A stretch of DNA of 64,000 nucleotides from Eledone cirrhosa (lineage: Eukaryota), in NCBI GenBank assembly GCA_964016885.1, contig CAXHJY010000001.1, positions 496,001 through 560,000 on the forward strand, written 5' to 3'. Positions within the stretch are counted from its first letter, which is position 1. Every line of letters starts with the position of its first letter. Below the pieces are notes generated by a model. That model was not told where the DNA came from and ran no database searches. It worked only from the letters and a program-made list of their open reading frames with translations. The position numbers and the translations under genes are program-made. Positions 1 through 12,557 of this stretch are shown piece after piece.

Positions 1-400
1 TTCATTACATATCTCTACTTAAAGACACTGTCTATGTCATTAAACCTTTCATTACCATATTTCTACTTAAAGACACTGTCTATGTCATTAAACCTTTCAT
101 TACCATATTTCTACTTAAAGACACTGTCTATGTCATTAAACCTTTCATTACCAAGTTCCTACTTAAAGACACTGTCTATGTCATTAAACCTTTCATTACA
201 TATTTCTACTTAAAGACTGTCTATGTAATTAAACCTTTCATTACATATTTCTACTTAAAGACACTGTCTATGTCATTAACATTTTCATTACATATCTCTA
301 CTTAAAGACACTGTCTATGTTATTAACCCTTTCATTACATATCTCTACTTAAAGACACTGTCTATATCATTAACCCTTTCATTACCATATTTCTACTTAA
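1..400. repeat. 47-48 bp minisatellite, ~8 copies, runs off the window start
   Basis: Unit ttaaagacactgtctatgtcattaaacctttcatta(c)catatttctac; aaagacactg recurs at 21, 69, 117 and onward. Confidence 0.95.
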
Positions 401-474
401 TCAAAAAGGTTAATAATTCTAAATATTATATCTTGAAATTGTTCAAACTGTTTACATTACATTTCATATTACAG

Positions 475-612
475 CCTGTCACATTGGTAAATTTGGAGCT
501 AACTGTTAACACACATGCCACTGTGCTGATAATAACAGGTGTAACAAACAGACAGGTATGTGTTCTAGTGGAGGATGTACTGCTGGTTATGAAGGTAGCA
601 ACTGTCAGACAG
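475..612 (+). pseudogene. EGF-module exon 1 (138 nt, phase 1-1) with in-frame TAA at 507-509
   Basis: acag| acceptor and |gtaagt donor; reads CHIGKFGANC*HTCHCADNNRCNKQTGMCSSGGCTAGYEGSNCQT. Confidence 0.85.
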
Positions 613-656
613 GTAAGTGGTGTAGTATAGCTTTGTTTCTAACATGATATATTGAG

Positions 657-768
657 TCAAGATGACAGTAGGTGTAACACACAGCTAGGTGTAACACAGA
701 GACAGGTGTGTGTTTTAGTGGAAAGTGTAGTGCTGGTTATGAAGGTAACACCTGTGAGACAGGTAGAT
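657..768 (+). pseudogene. Intronic partial copy of the 3' half of an EGF exon
   Basis: gagacaggtgtgtgttttagtggaaagtgtagtgctggttatgaaggtaacacctgtgagacaggtag resembles the exon 3' half; a homologous copy follows exon 2 at 2446-2530. Confidence 0.75.
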
Positions 769-789
769 TTAAACTGTTTTGGAGCTACA

Positions 790-950
790 ATCATCATCAT
801 CATCATTTTACGTCTGCTTTCCCCTGCTTACAAGGGTGGGACGGAAACTGATTCTGGCTTGATTTCTACAGCTGGATGCCCTTCCTAACACCAGCCTCAT
901 TTACAGTGAGTATTGGGTGTTTTTTGCCGTGGCACCTCCAGGACCACTTT
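790..950 (-). mobile_element. 3' tail fragment of the RTE-type LINE family
   Basis: (cat)n tail and ttgatttctacagctggatgcccttcctaacacc are shared with the LINE 3' UTR at 22165-22420. Confidence 0.75.
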
Positions 951-969
951 GCAGTGGAATGATATTGAC

Positions 970-1125
970 CCCAGTCCCTATCATCTCATTTCTACAGCTG
1001 AGTAAACTGGAGCAATGTGAAATAAAGTGTCTTGCTCAAGGAAACAACACATCACCCGGTCTGAGAATTGAACTCACAACCTTTCGATTGCAAGGCCAAT
1101 GCTCTAACTTCTAAGCTATGTGCTT
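970..1125 (-). mobile_element. tRNA-derived SINE with a CORE-like segment
   Basis: Reverse strand has a B-box-like gagttcaattc followed by ccttgagcaagacacttt; related copies near 8330-8445, 16550-16680, 18930-19030 and 51890-52020. Confidence 0.65.
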
Positions 1126-1295
1126 ACAATATAAAGGGGATATTATAGCCTCATGAATATATAGTATAACATTGGTATGGAGTGTAGAGAATCGGCAAGT
1201 ATATAGACATAATATCGATGTTACGGAAATCATATAGATTGTATAGATATAGTATGGATTATATATAGTTTAGGTCATACCACTGGAGTATAAAA

Positions 1296-2020
1296 TAATA
1301 TAATAATGAAATTATTGTGTACAGTGCTCAGGTGCACTACAACTCATCAAAGGTGCATGTATAGTACATAGAATAATGTTTAAATGTCAGGAAAAGGAAC
1401 AGTGTATGAGTCATGAAATACATGTGTGCGTGTGTATGGAAGGGGGGACATCAGGTGCAGTGTTGACGAATCTCAGGAAGCATAGAGGTTTTAAAGGATG
1501 CAGTGTCTCGACAGCTAACAACTGATGCAGGTAGTTTATTCCATGGAGGTTTTAAAGGATGCAGTGTCTCGACAGCTAACAACTGATGCAGGTAGTTTAT
1601 TCCATGGAGGTTGTAAAGGATGTAGTGTCTCGACAGCTAACAACTGATGCAAGTAGTTTGTTCCATGGAGGTTGTAAAGGATGTAGTGTCTCGACAGCTA
1701 ACAACTGATGCAGGTAGTTTGTTCCATGGAGGTTTTAAAGGATGCAGTGTCTCGACAGCTAACAACTGATGCAGGTAGTTTGTTCCATGGAGGTTTTAAA
1801 GGATGTAGTGTCTCGACAGCTAACAACTGATGCAGGCAGTTTGTTCCATGGAGGTTTTAAAGGATGCAGTGTCTCGACAGCTAACAACTGATGCAGGTAG
1901 TTTGTTCCATGCTTCAGCAACTCGGAGCTTGAAAAAATGTTTCCGAAAGTCATGGGAGCTGTGCTGTTTTCTGACTTTGTAGGCATATCCATGGGTGTTA
2001 GAAACATGGAAATTAAGATG
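1296..2020 (-). mobile_element. CR1-type LINE 3' fragment containing ~7 tandem copies of a 61-bp unit (~1484-1910)
   Basis: Encodes KQHSSHDFRKHFFKLRVAEAWNKLPASVVSCRDTASFKTSM, matching the ORF end of the LINE at 13968-16309; (ATT)n tail. Confidence 0.9.
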
Positions 2021-2275
2021 ATACAAATATAGTTCAGATGATATAGATATAGTATAGATGACAACGCTATAATATAGATGATAGAATTGTGGTAGCTATC
2101 CCTTTCATCCCAACAGGGTTGATAAAATGAAGTACCAGTCACACACTGGGGTCGATTTAATTGATTTTCTCCTCCCCTAAAATTGCTGGCCTTGTGCCTA
2201 AATCAGAAAGCATTATCTTGTATAGTGTTATATGTTGTTGTTATTGTCATTGTTCTCATATTTTTATTTCCACAG

Positions 2276-2413
2276 TCTGTAGAAATGGAAAATTTGGAGC
2301 CAACTGTGGCAACACATGTCACTGTGTTGACAACAGTAAATGTAACAAACAGACAGGTGTGTGTTCTAGAGGAGGATGTACTGCTGGTTATGAAGGTAGC
2401 AACTGTCAGCCAG
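2276..2413 (+). CDS. EGF-module exon 2 (138 nt, open)
   Basis: cacag| acceptor and |gtaagc donor; CRNGKFGANCGNTCHCVDNSKCNKQTGVCSRGGCTAGYEGSNCQP. Confidence 0.88.
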
Positions 2414-2525
2414 GTAAGCTTTGTTTGCTACTTAATATATTTAGTCAAGATGATAGTAGGTGTAAGACAGAGACAGGTGTGTGTTCCAGTGGAAGGTGTG
2501 TTCCTGGTTATAAGGTATCATCTAT

Positions 2526-5500
2526 CAGACAGGTGTGTTACAGTACATGGTGTGGCCTGGTTATAAGGTAGCACCTGTCAGACAAGTGTGTTACAGTAGA
2601 TGGTGAAGTCCTGGTTATAAGGTAGCACCTGTCAGACAGGTGTGTTACAGTAGATGGTGTGGTCCTGGTTATAAGGTAGCAGCTGTCAGACACGTGTGTT
2701 ACAGTAGATGGTGTGATCCTGGTTATAAGGTATCATCTATCAGACAGGTGTGTTACAGTAGATGGTGTGGTCCTGGTTATAAGGTAGCACCTGTCAGACA
2801 GGTGTGTTACAGTAGATGGTGTGGTCCTGGTTATAAGGTAGCAGCTGTCAGACAGGTGTGTTACAGTAGATGGTGTGGTCCTGGTTATAAAGTAGCACCT
2901 GTCAGACAGGTGTGTTACAGTAGATGGTGTGGTCCTGGTTATAAGGTAGCACCTGTCAGACAGGTGTGTTACAGTAGATGGTGTGGTCCTGGTTATAAGG
3001 TAGCAGCTGTCAGACAGGTGTGTTACAGTAGATGGTGTGGTCCTGGTTATAAAGTAGCACCTGTCAGACAGGTGTGTTACAGTAGATGGTGAAGTCCTGG
3101 TTATAAGGTAGCACCTGTCAGACAGGTGTGTTACAGTAGATGGTGTGGTCCTGGTTATAAGGTAGCAGCTGTCAGACAGGTGTGTTACAGTAGATGGTGT
3201 GGTCCTGGTTATAAAGTAGCACCTGTCAGACAGGTGTGTTACAGTAGATGGTGTGGTCCTGGTTATAAGGTAGCACCTGTCAGACAGGTGTGTTACAGTA
3301 GATGGTGTGGTCCTGGTTATAAGGTAGCACCTGTCAGACAGGTGTGTTACAGTAGATGGTGTGGTCCTGGTTATAAGGTATCATCTATCAGACAGGTGTG
3401 TTACAGTAGATGGTGTGGTCCTGGTTATAAGGTAGCACCTGTCAGACAGGTGTGTTACAGTAGATGGTGAAGTCCTGGTTATAAGGTAGCACCTGTCAGA
3501 CAGGTGTGTTACAGTAGATGGTGTGGTCCTGGTTATAAGGTAGCACCTGTCAGACATGTGTGTTACAGTAGATGGTGTGGTCCTGGTTATAAGGTATCAT
3601 CTATCAGACAGGTGTGTTACAGTAGATGGTGTGGTCCTGGTTATAAGGTATCATCTATCAGACAGGTGTGTTACAGTAGATGGTGTGGTCCTGGTTATAA
3701 GGTAGCAGCTGTCAGACAGGTGTGTTACAGTAGATGGTGTGGTCCTGGTTATAAAGTAGCACCTGTCAGACAGGTGTGTTACAGTAGATGGTGAGGTCCT
3801 GGTTATAAGGTAGCACCTGTCAGACAGGTGTGTTACAGTAGATGGTGTGGTCCTGGTTATAAGGTAGCACCTGTCAGACAGGTGTGTTACAGTAGATGGT
3901 GTGGTCCTGGTTATAAGGTAGCACCTGTCAGACACGTGTGTTACAGTAGATGGTGTGATCCTGGTTATAAGGTATCATCTATCAGACAGGTGTGTTACAG
4001 TAGATGGTGTGGTCCTGGTTATAAGGTAGCACCTGTCAGACAGGTGTGTTACAGTAGATGGTGAAGTCCTGGTTATAAGGTAGCACCTGTCAGACAGGTG
4101 TGTTACAGTAGATTGTGTGGTCCTGGTTATAAGGTAGCAGCTGTCAGACAGGTGTGTTACAGTAGATGGTGTGGTCCTGGTTATAAAGTAGCACCTGTCA
4201 GACAGGTGTGTTACAGTAGATGGTGAAGTCCTGGTTATAAGGTAGCACCTGTCAGACAGGTGTGTTACAGTAGATGGTGTGGTCCTGGTTATAATGTAGC
4301 ACCTGTCAGACAGGTGTGTTACAGTAGATGGTGTGGTCCTGGTTATATGGTAGCAGCTGTCAGACAGGTGTGTTACAGTAGATGGTGTGATCCTGGTTAT
4401 AAGGTAGCACCTGTCAGACAGGTGTGTTACAGTAGATGGTGTGGTCCTGGTTATAAGGTATCATCTATCAGACAGGTGTGTTACAGTAGATGGTGTGGTC
4501 CTGGTTATAATGTAGCACCTGTCAGACAGGCGTGTTACAGTAGATGGTGTGGTCCTGGTTATATGGTAGCAGCTGTCAGACAGGTGTGTTACAGTAGATG
4601 GTGTGGTCCTGGTTATAAGGTAGCACCTGTCAGACAGGTGTGTTACAGTAGATGGTGTGGTCCTGGTTATAATGTAGCACCTGTCAGACAGGTGTGTTAC
4701 AGTAGATGGTGTGGTCCTGGTTATAAGGTAGCACCTGTCAGACAGGTGTGTTACAGTAGATGGTGTGGTCCTGGTTATAAAGTAGCACCTGTCAGACAGG
4801 TGTGTTACAGTAGATGGTGAAGTCCTGGTTATAAGGTAGCACCTGTCAGACAGGTGTGTTACAGTAGATGCTGTGGTCCTGGTTATAATGTAGCACCTGT
4901 CAGACAGGTGTGTTACAGTAGATGGTGTCGTCCTGGTTATATGGTAGCAGCTGTCAGACAGGTGTGTTACAGTAGATGGTGTGATCCTGGTTATAAGGTA
5001 GCACCTGTCAGACAGGTGTGTTACAGTAGATGGTGTGGTCCTGGTTATAAGGTATCATCTATCAGACAGGTGTGTTACAGTAGATGGTGTGGTCCTGGTT
5101 ATAATGTAGCACCTGTCAGACAGGTGTGTTACAGTAGATGGTGTGCTCCTGGTTATATGGTAGCAGCTGTCAGACAGGTGTGTTACAGTAGATGGTGTGG
5201 TCCTGGTTATAAGGTAGCACCTGTCAGACAGGTGTGTTACAGTAGATGGTGTGGTCCTGGTTATAAGGTAGCACCTGTCAGACAGTTGTGTTACAGTAGA
5301 TGGTGTGGTCCTGGTTATAAGGTAGCAGCTGTCAGACAGGTGTGTTACAGTAGATGGTGTGGTCCTGGTTATATGGTAGTACCTGTCAGACAGGCGTGTT
5401 ACAGTAGATGGTGTGGTCCTGGTTATATGGTAGCAGCTGTCAGACAGGTGTGTTACAGTAGATGGTGTGGTCCTGGTTATAAGGTAGCACCTGTCAGACA

Positions 5501-7128
5501 GGTGTGTTACAGTAGATGGTGTGGTCCTGGTTATAAGGTAGCACCTGTCAGACAGTTGTGTTACAGTAGATGGTGTGGTCCTGGTTATAAGGTAGCACCT
5601 GTCAGACAGGTGTGTTACAGTAGATGGTGTGGTCCTGGTTATAAAGTAGCACCTGTCAGACAGGTGTGTTACAGTAGATGGTGAAGTCCTGGTTATAAGG
5701 TAGCACCTGTCAGACAGGTGTGTTACAGTAGATGCTGTGGTCCTGGTTATAATGTAGCACCTGTCAGACAGGTGTGTTACAGTAGATGGTGTCGTCCTGG
5801 TTATATGGTAGCAGCTGTCAGACAGGTGTGTTAGAGTAGATGGTGTGATCCTGGTTATAAGGTAGCACCTGTCAGACAGGTGTGTTACAGTAGATGGTGT
5901 GGTCCTGGTTATAAGGTATCATCTATCAGACAGGTGTGTTACAGTAGATGGTGTGGTCCTGGTTATAATGTAGCACCTGTCAGACAGGTGTGTTACAGTA
6001 GATGGTGTGCTCCTGGTTATATGGTAGCAGCTGTCAGACAGGTGTGTTACAGTAGATGGTGTGGTCCTGGTTATAAGGTAGCACCTGTCAGACAGGTGTG
6101 TTACAGTAGATGGTGTGGTCCTGGTTATAAGGTAGCACCTGTCAGACAGTTGTGTTACAGTAGATGGTGTGGTCCTGGTTATAAGGTAGCAGCTGTCAGA
6201 CAGGTGTGTTACAGTAGATGGTGTGGTCCTGGTTATATGGTAGTACCTGTCAGACAGTTGTGTTACAGTAGATGGTGTGGTCCTGGTTATAAGGTAGCAG
6301 CTGTCAGACAGGTGTGTTACAGTAGATGGTGTGGTCCTGGTTATAAGGTATCATCTATCAGACAAGTGTGTTACAGTAGATAGTGTAGTCCTGGTTATAA
6401 GGTAGCAGCTGTCAGACAGGTGTGTTACAGTAGATGGTGTGGTCCTGGTTATAAGGTATCATCTTTCAGACAGGTGTGTTACAGTAGATGGTGTGGTCCT
6501 GGTTATAAGGTAGCAGCTGTCAGACAGGTGTGTTACAGTAGATGGTGTGGTCCTGGTTATTAGGTAGCACCTGTCAGACAGGTGTGTTACAGTAGATGGT
6601 GTGGTCCTGGTTATAAGGTAGCACATGTCAGACAGGTGTCTTACAGTAGATGCTGTGGTCCTGGTTATAAGGTATCATCTATCAGACAGGTGTGTTACAG
6701 TAGAAGGTGTGGTCCTGGTTATAAGGTAGCAGCTGTCAGACAGGTGTGTTACAGTAGATGGTGTGATCCTGGTTATAAGGTAGCACCTGTCAGACAGGTG
6801 TGTTACAGTAGATGGTGTTGTCCTGGTTATAAGGTATCATCTATCAGACAAGTGTGTTACAGTAGATAGTGTAGTCCTGGTTATAAGGTAGCACCTGTCA
6901 GACAGGTGTGTTACAGTAGATGGTGTGGTCCTGGTTATAAGGTATCATCTGTCAGACAGGTGTGTTACAGTAGATGGTGTGGTCCTGGTTATAAGGTAGC
7001 ACCTGTCAGACACGTGTGTTACAGTAGATGGTGTGGTCCTGGTTATAAGGTATCATCTGTCAGACAGGTGTGTTACAGTAGATGGTGTGGTCCTGGTTAT
7101 AAGGTATCATCTGTCAGACACGTGTGTG
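2526..7128 (+). repeat. 54-bp minisatellite (~85 copies) derived from the EGF exon 3' half
   Basis: Unit cagacaggtgtgttacagtagatggtgtggtcctggttataaggtagcacctgt aligns to the 57-nt exon segment with a 2-nt and a 1-nt deletion. Confidence 0.95.
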
Positions 7129-7354
7129 CTCTTTTGTAGTTCTATTTCTTTAGAAAATCTACCAGACAAATGGATGAATGTCCTCTTCAGTCATGATGAA
7201 ATGTATCCAGTAACATCTGAGAGGTCAGTAGCTCCGATTAAGTTCTGAGTCGGTCTCTGTTGACACATCCCACTCTTGGTTACAGGGGAAGTGAATGTTA
7301 AATGTTCATCATGAGGAAGATGTGAGTAGCAGGGGCAGTAGAGTTACAGATTAA

Positions 7355-7566
7355 CCCTTTAGCATTTACACTACTTCATATACACTATTATATTTTCACA
7401 GTAAAGGCTTTATCTCATATAATTATCTCACATAATATCAAATCTATGAGATTTTGATATTATCTATTTTGAGAACAATACCTTAACATAAGTATGAGCA
7501 GCCAGTTATGGCTGGTTTGAACAGAAAGAATTCAGAGAATTGTGGCCGGTTTAAATTCTAAAGGTT
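7355..7566. mobile_element. piggyBac-like MITE (TTAA-flanked, CCCTTT...AAAGGG ends), right end decayed
   Basis: ttaa|ccctttagcatt start; internal sequence shared with the copies at 12558, 21964 and 63354. Confidence 0.7.
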
Positions 7567-7934
7567 TTAATGGGTTGTGATTTTGAGTTCTTTTTTAAAA
7601 CGGTATTCAAATCCCACCAAAATCAACTTTTTCTGTCATACTTTTGGAGTAGATAGAATAATATAGCAGTGAAATACCATGCAATGGACTAGCATCCTGT
7701 CCAGGTGTGGGGAATACAGTGGACTCTGCTCAGTGTGATACCTACCGACAGTTAGAAGGACTGGGCTGTTGAATATACAAAAACAAAAAAATGTCTAAAG
7801 TGTGTCTCGAGTGCTGAGGGTCATCAGGCCAGTGCTATCTATGGCATGAAGTGACTTAAAATACAAAACTTCCCCTGGACAGGGCACCAGTCCATTCCAA
7901 GGTTAAATCACCAGCTATTACTGGCACTGATCTC

Positions 7935-8127
7935 CAAGCTTCCTGAAATTCGCCAACACTACACCTGATATCCCTCCTCCATACACACGTACATATGTTT
8001 ATCATGACTCATACACTGTTCATTTTCCTGACATTTGTTCATTATTCTATGTGCTTTACATGCACCTTTGATGAGTTATAGTGCACCTGAGCACTGTACA
8101 CAATAATTTCACTATTATTATTATTAT
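7935..8127 (+). mobile_element. CR1-type LINE 3' tail
   Basis: gcttcctgaaattcgccaacactacacctga...gtgcacctgagcactgtacacaataatttc followed by (att)n. Confidence 0.8.
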
Positions 8128-8131
8128 ACTG

Positions 8132-8328
8132 GAGCGGTGGATTGTCAGTATTGGTAGAGAGTCGGACGCCATGCTTTGAAGCATAGAGTTACGTCCCTTT
8201 ATGATCTGAGTTCAAATCCCACCAAGGTTAACTTTGCATTTCATCCTTACGGGGTCGATAAAATATAGTACCAGTAATGTACTGGGCAATTGCTGGCCTT
8301 GTGTCAAAAGTAGAAACAATTATTATTA
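8132..8328 (+). mobile_element. tRNA-derived SINE (~190 bp family)
   Basis: B box gagttcaaatcc followed by ctttgc(a/c)tttcatccttacggggtcgataaaat..agtaccag; at least 9 copies in the window. Confidence 0.8.
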
Positions 8329-8489
8329 TACTGGAGCAACATGAATGGAAATACTTTTGCTCAAGAACACAACACACAACCTAGTTGAGGAATAGAACTC
8401 ACAACATTATGATTGTAAGTCCAACACCCTTACCACAAGGCCACACAAATACACACCAAAATATATATTTGTTATTGATTGATTTGTAG

Positions 8490-8627
8490 GATGTAAGAGA
8501 GGAAAATTTGGACCAAACTGTTGAAACATGTGTCATTGTGCTGACAAGAGTAAATGTAAGCCACAGACTGGTAGCTGCTCTAATGGAGGATGTGCTCCTG
8601 GATATGAAGGTGGCAACTGTCAGACAG
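8490..8627 (+). pseudogene. EGF-module exon 3 (138 nt) with in-frame TGA at 8522-8524
   Basis: tgtag| acceptor and |gtaagt donor; CKRGKFGPNC*NMCHCADKSKCKPQTGSCSNGGCAPGYEGGNCQT. Confidence 0.85.
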
Positions 8628-8641
8628 GTAAGTGGTGTACT

Positions 8642-9875
8642 ATCATCATCATAAATATCATCATTGTTATTATCATCATCATCACCACTACCACCACCAC
8701 TACCACCACCACCACCACTACCACCACCACCACCACTACCACCACCACCAGCTCCACCACTACCCCCACCACCACCACCACTACCACCACCACTACCACA
8801 CCACCACCACTACCACCACTACCACCACTACCCCCACCACCACCACCACTACCACCACCACTACCACACCACCACCACTACCACCACTACCACCACCACC
8901 ATCACCACCACCTCTACCACCACTGCCATTACCACCCCCACACCACTACTACCACAAACACTACCACCACCACCACCACCACTACCATCACCACCACCAC
9001 TACCATCATCACCATCATCACCACCACCACCACTACCACCACTGCCATTACCACCACCACTACCACCACTGCCACTACCACCACCACCACCACTACTACC
9101 ACTACCACCACTACCACCACTGCCACTACCACGACCACCACCACCACCACTACCTCCACTACCAACACCACCACTACCACCACCACTACGACCACCACCA
9201 CCTCCACCACCACCACCACTACCACCTCTGCCACTACCACCACCACCACCACTACCACCACCACCACCACTGCCACTGCCACCACAACTACCACCACCAC
9301 CACCACCACTACAACCACCACCACCACTACCACCACCAACAGTACCACCACCACTACCACCACCACCAATGCCACCACCACTACCACCACCACTACCACT
9401 ACTACCACCACCACCACTACCACCACTGCCACTACCACGACCACCACCACCACCACTACCACCACCACCACTACCACCACTACCACCACCACCACGACCA
9501 CCACCACCACTACCACCACCACCAGCACTACCACCACCACCACTACCACCACCACCACCACTACCACCACCGCCACTACCACCACTACCACCACAACTAC
9601 CACCACCACCACCACTACTACCACCACCACCACCACAACCATCACCAACACTACCACCACCATCACCACTACCACCACTGCCACTACCACTACCACCACT
9701 GCCAGTACCACCACCACCCTACCACCACCACCACTACCACCACCACCACCACTGCCACTACCGCCACTACCACCACATCCACTACCGCCACCACCACCAC
9801 CACATCGACCACCACCACCACCACTACCACCACCACCATCACGACCACCTCCACTACCACCACCACCACCACTAT
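8642..9875. repeat. (CAC/TAC)n trinucleotide microsatellite, ~1.2 kb
   Basis: Continuous accaccact-type repeats. Confidence 0.97.
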
Positions 9876-9924
9876 TGTTGATGATGGTTGCTGTTGTAGT
9901 TATTGATGTTTACTGTTATTCTTG

Positions 9925-11650
9925 TACATTCTCTACATTTCACATCTCACACAATTCACATCTATATTTCACATTATACAATCCACACCTTTACATTTCG
10001 CATATCCTACATTTCACATCACCTACATTTCACATCTCTTACATTTCACATCTCATGCATTTCACATCTCCTACATTTCACATCTCCTACATTTCACATC
10101 TCCTACATTTCACATCTCTTACATTTCACATCTACATTTCACATCTACATTTCACATCTCCTACATTTCACATCTCTTACATTTCACATCTCCTACATTT
10201 CACATCTCCTACATTTCACATCCTTACATTTCACATCTCCTACATTTCACATCTCCTACATTTCACATCTACATTTCACATCTCCTACATTTCACATCAC
10301 CTACATTTCACATCTCTTACATTTCACATCCTTACATTTCACATCTCTTACATTTCACATCTCCTACATTTCACATCTGCTACATTTCACATCTCCTACA
10401 TTTCACATCTCTTACATTTCACATCTCCTACATTTCACATCTCCTACATTTCACATCTCTTACATTTCACATCTCTTACATTTCACATCTCCTACATTTC
10501 ACATCTCTTACATTTCACATCTCCTACAGTTCACATCTCCTACATTTCACATCTCTTACATTTCACATCTCCTACATTTCACATCTCTTACATTTCACAT
10601 CTCCTACAGTTCACATCTCCTACATTTCACATCTCTTACATTTCACATATCTTACATTTCACATCCTTACATTTCACATCACCTACATTTCACATCTCCT
10701 ACATTTCACATCTCTTACATTTCACATCTCCTACATTTCACATCTCTTACATTTCACATCCTTTCATTTCACATCTCCTACATTTCACATCCTTACATTT
10801 CACATCTCCTACATTTCACATCTCCTACATTTCACATCTCTTACATTTCACATCTCCTACAGTTCACATCTCCTACATTTCACATCTCTTACATTTCACA
10901 TATCTTACATTTCACATCCTTACATTTCACATCACCTACATTTCACATCTCCTACATTTCACATCTCTTATATTTCACATCTCCTACATTTCACATCTCT
11001 TACATTTCACATCCTTTCATTTCACATCTCCTACATTTCACATCCTTACATTTCACATCTCCTACATTTCACATCTCTTACATTTCATATCTCTTACATT
11101 TCACATCTCTTACATTTCACATCTCTTACATTTCACATCTCTTACATTTCACATATCTTACATTTCACATCTCCTACATTTCACATCTCCTACATTTCAT
11201 ATCTACTACATTTCACATCTCCTACATTTCACATCCTTACATTTCACATCTCCTACATTTCACATCCTTACATTTCACATCTCCTACATTTCACATCCTT
11301 ACATTTCACATCTCCTACATTTCACATCTCTTACATTTCATATCTCTTACATTTCACATCTCTTACATTTCACATCTCTTACATTTCACATCTCCTACAT
11401 TTCACATCTCCTACATTTCATATCTCCTACATTTCACATCTCCTACATTCCTCATCCCTACATTTCACATCCTTACATTTCACATCTCCTACATTCCTCA
11501 TCCCTACATTCCTCATCCCTACATTTCACATCTCCTACATTCCCCATCCCTACATTTCACACCCACTACATTTCATATCCCTACATTTCACATCCCATAC
11601 ATTTCACAACTCATACATTGTATATCACATACATTTCACATCTCATTCCA
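9925..11650. repeat. ~16-bp minisatellite
   Basis: Unit acatttcacatctc(c/t)t with 13-14 bp variants. Confidence 0.97.
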
Positions 11651-11686
11651 TCTAACTTCTATATTCTTCATATTTAATGTACACAG

Positions 11687-11824
11687 AGTGTAGAAGTGGT
11701 AAATTTGGTGACAACTGTATTAACTCATGTCACTGTGCCAACAACAGCAAGTGTGACCCCATCACAGGTGTATGTTCCAGTGGTGGCTGTGAAGCTGGCT
11801 ATCAAGGTAGCAATTGTCAGACAG
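11687..11824 (+). CDS. EGF-module exon 4 (138 nt, open)
   Basis: acacag| acceptor and |gtgagt donor; CRSGKFGDNCINSCHCANNSKCDPITGVCSSGGCEAGYQGSNCQT. Confidence 0.88.
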
Positions 11825-12557
11825 GTGAGTCATTCAGTAGATCTTCTATGCTATTTGTATGTCTAGGTGAGCATATGGCACTTCAAAGTGAGATTCCAAA
11901 CTTACCAAGGAAAGAGTGACATGAAAAGACCGAGGCTCCTTTGGGGTGCATTTTTGTCAGAGGCCAGTTAAACCTACATAGGTAGAGCTGTAACAACATG
12001 ATAGGCCTGGGGGCCTTATTATTAAAACACCCAGAATATTTCCTATGGAGTGCATCCTTGTAGGGGGCCAACCAAACCTACATAAATGTGAGCTGTAACA
12101 ACAACATGATAGGCATGGTGTCCTTACCATTGAAACACCCAGAATACTTCCTATGGGGTGACAACCTCATAGGAGGCTGACTAACCCTATAAAGGTGCTT
12201 GTTTAAAAAAAATAAAACTTGACTATAAACCAAATGGATACACCATTTTTTCTCTACTTCACTGATACTCTCCCCATGTGCCTTCTCCTCCTGCTTTCCA
12301 CCACTACTATATTGGACTCTGTTCCTCGGAGTATTCTAGGTTCATGCCACCTCCACTCAGACATTTTCAACTGACTCCTCTCTCTTCTTTTCGTCCCACA
12401 TTTTGTATCCACTTGGTGCCACCCTAATTAGTACAACCTCTCAAGAACTGGTGCACCCAGGCCCCTCAGTAAAGTGGTTGGTTACAAGAGGAATACCCAA
12501 CCAGTAAAACCAAGCCAAACCTATGTAAAGCACAAATGTACCAATGTTTTTAATTAA

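Noticed and set aside
2526-7128. CRISPR-like array (also considered for the 48-, 52- and 60-bp arrays)
   Set aside because: Contiguous tandem units without unique spacers, no cas genes, eukaryotic context.
2640-7139. Cys-rich repeat protein (CYSRWCGPGYKVAPVRQV)n
   Set aside because: Translation of the 54-bp VNTR; interrupted by recurrent TGA/TAG variants, with only non-ATG starts.
8522-8524. TGA as selenocysteine
   Set aside because: It is not at a conserved Cys position, the homologous stop in exon 1 is TAA, and no 3' UTR/SECIS can be assessed here.
8528-11693. 1049-aa mucin-like ORF and overlapping Pro/His/Val-rich ORFs
   Set aside because: Read-through from exon 3 past its gtaagt donor into microsatellite and 16-bp minisatellite. 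Several frames are open at once, which is typical of stop-free repeats.
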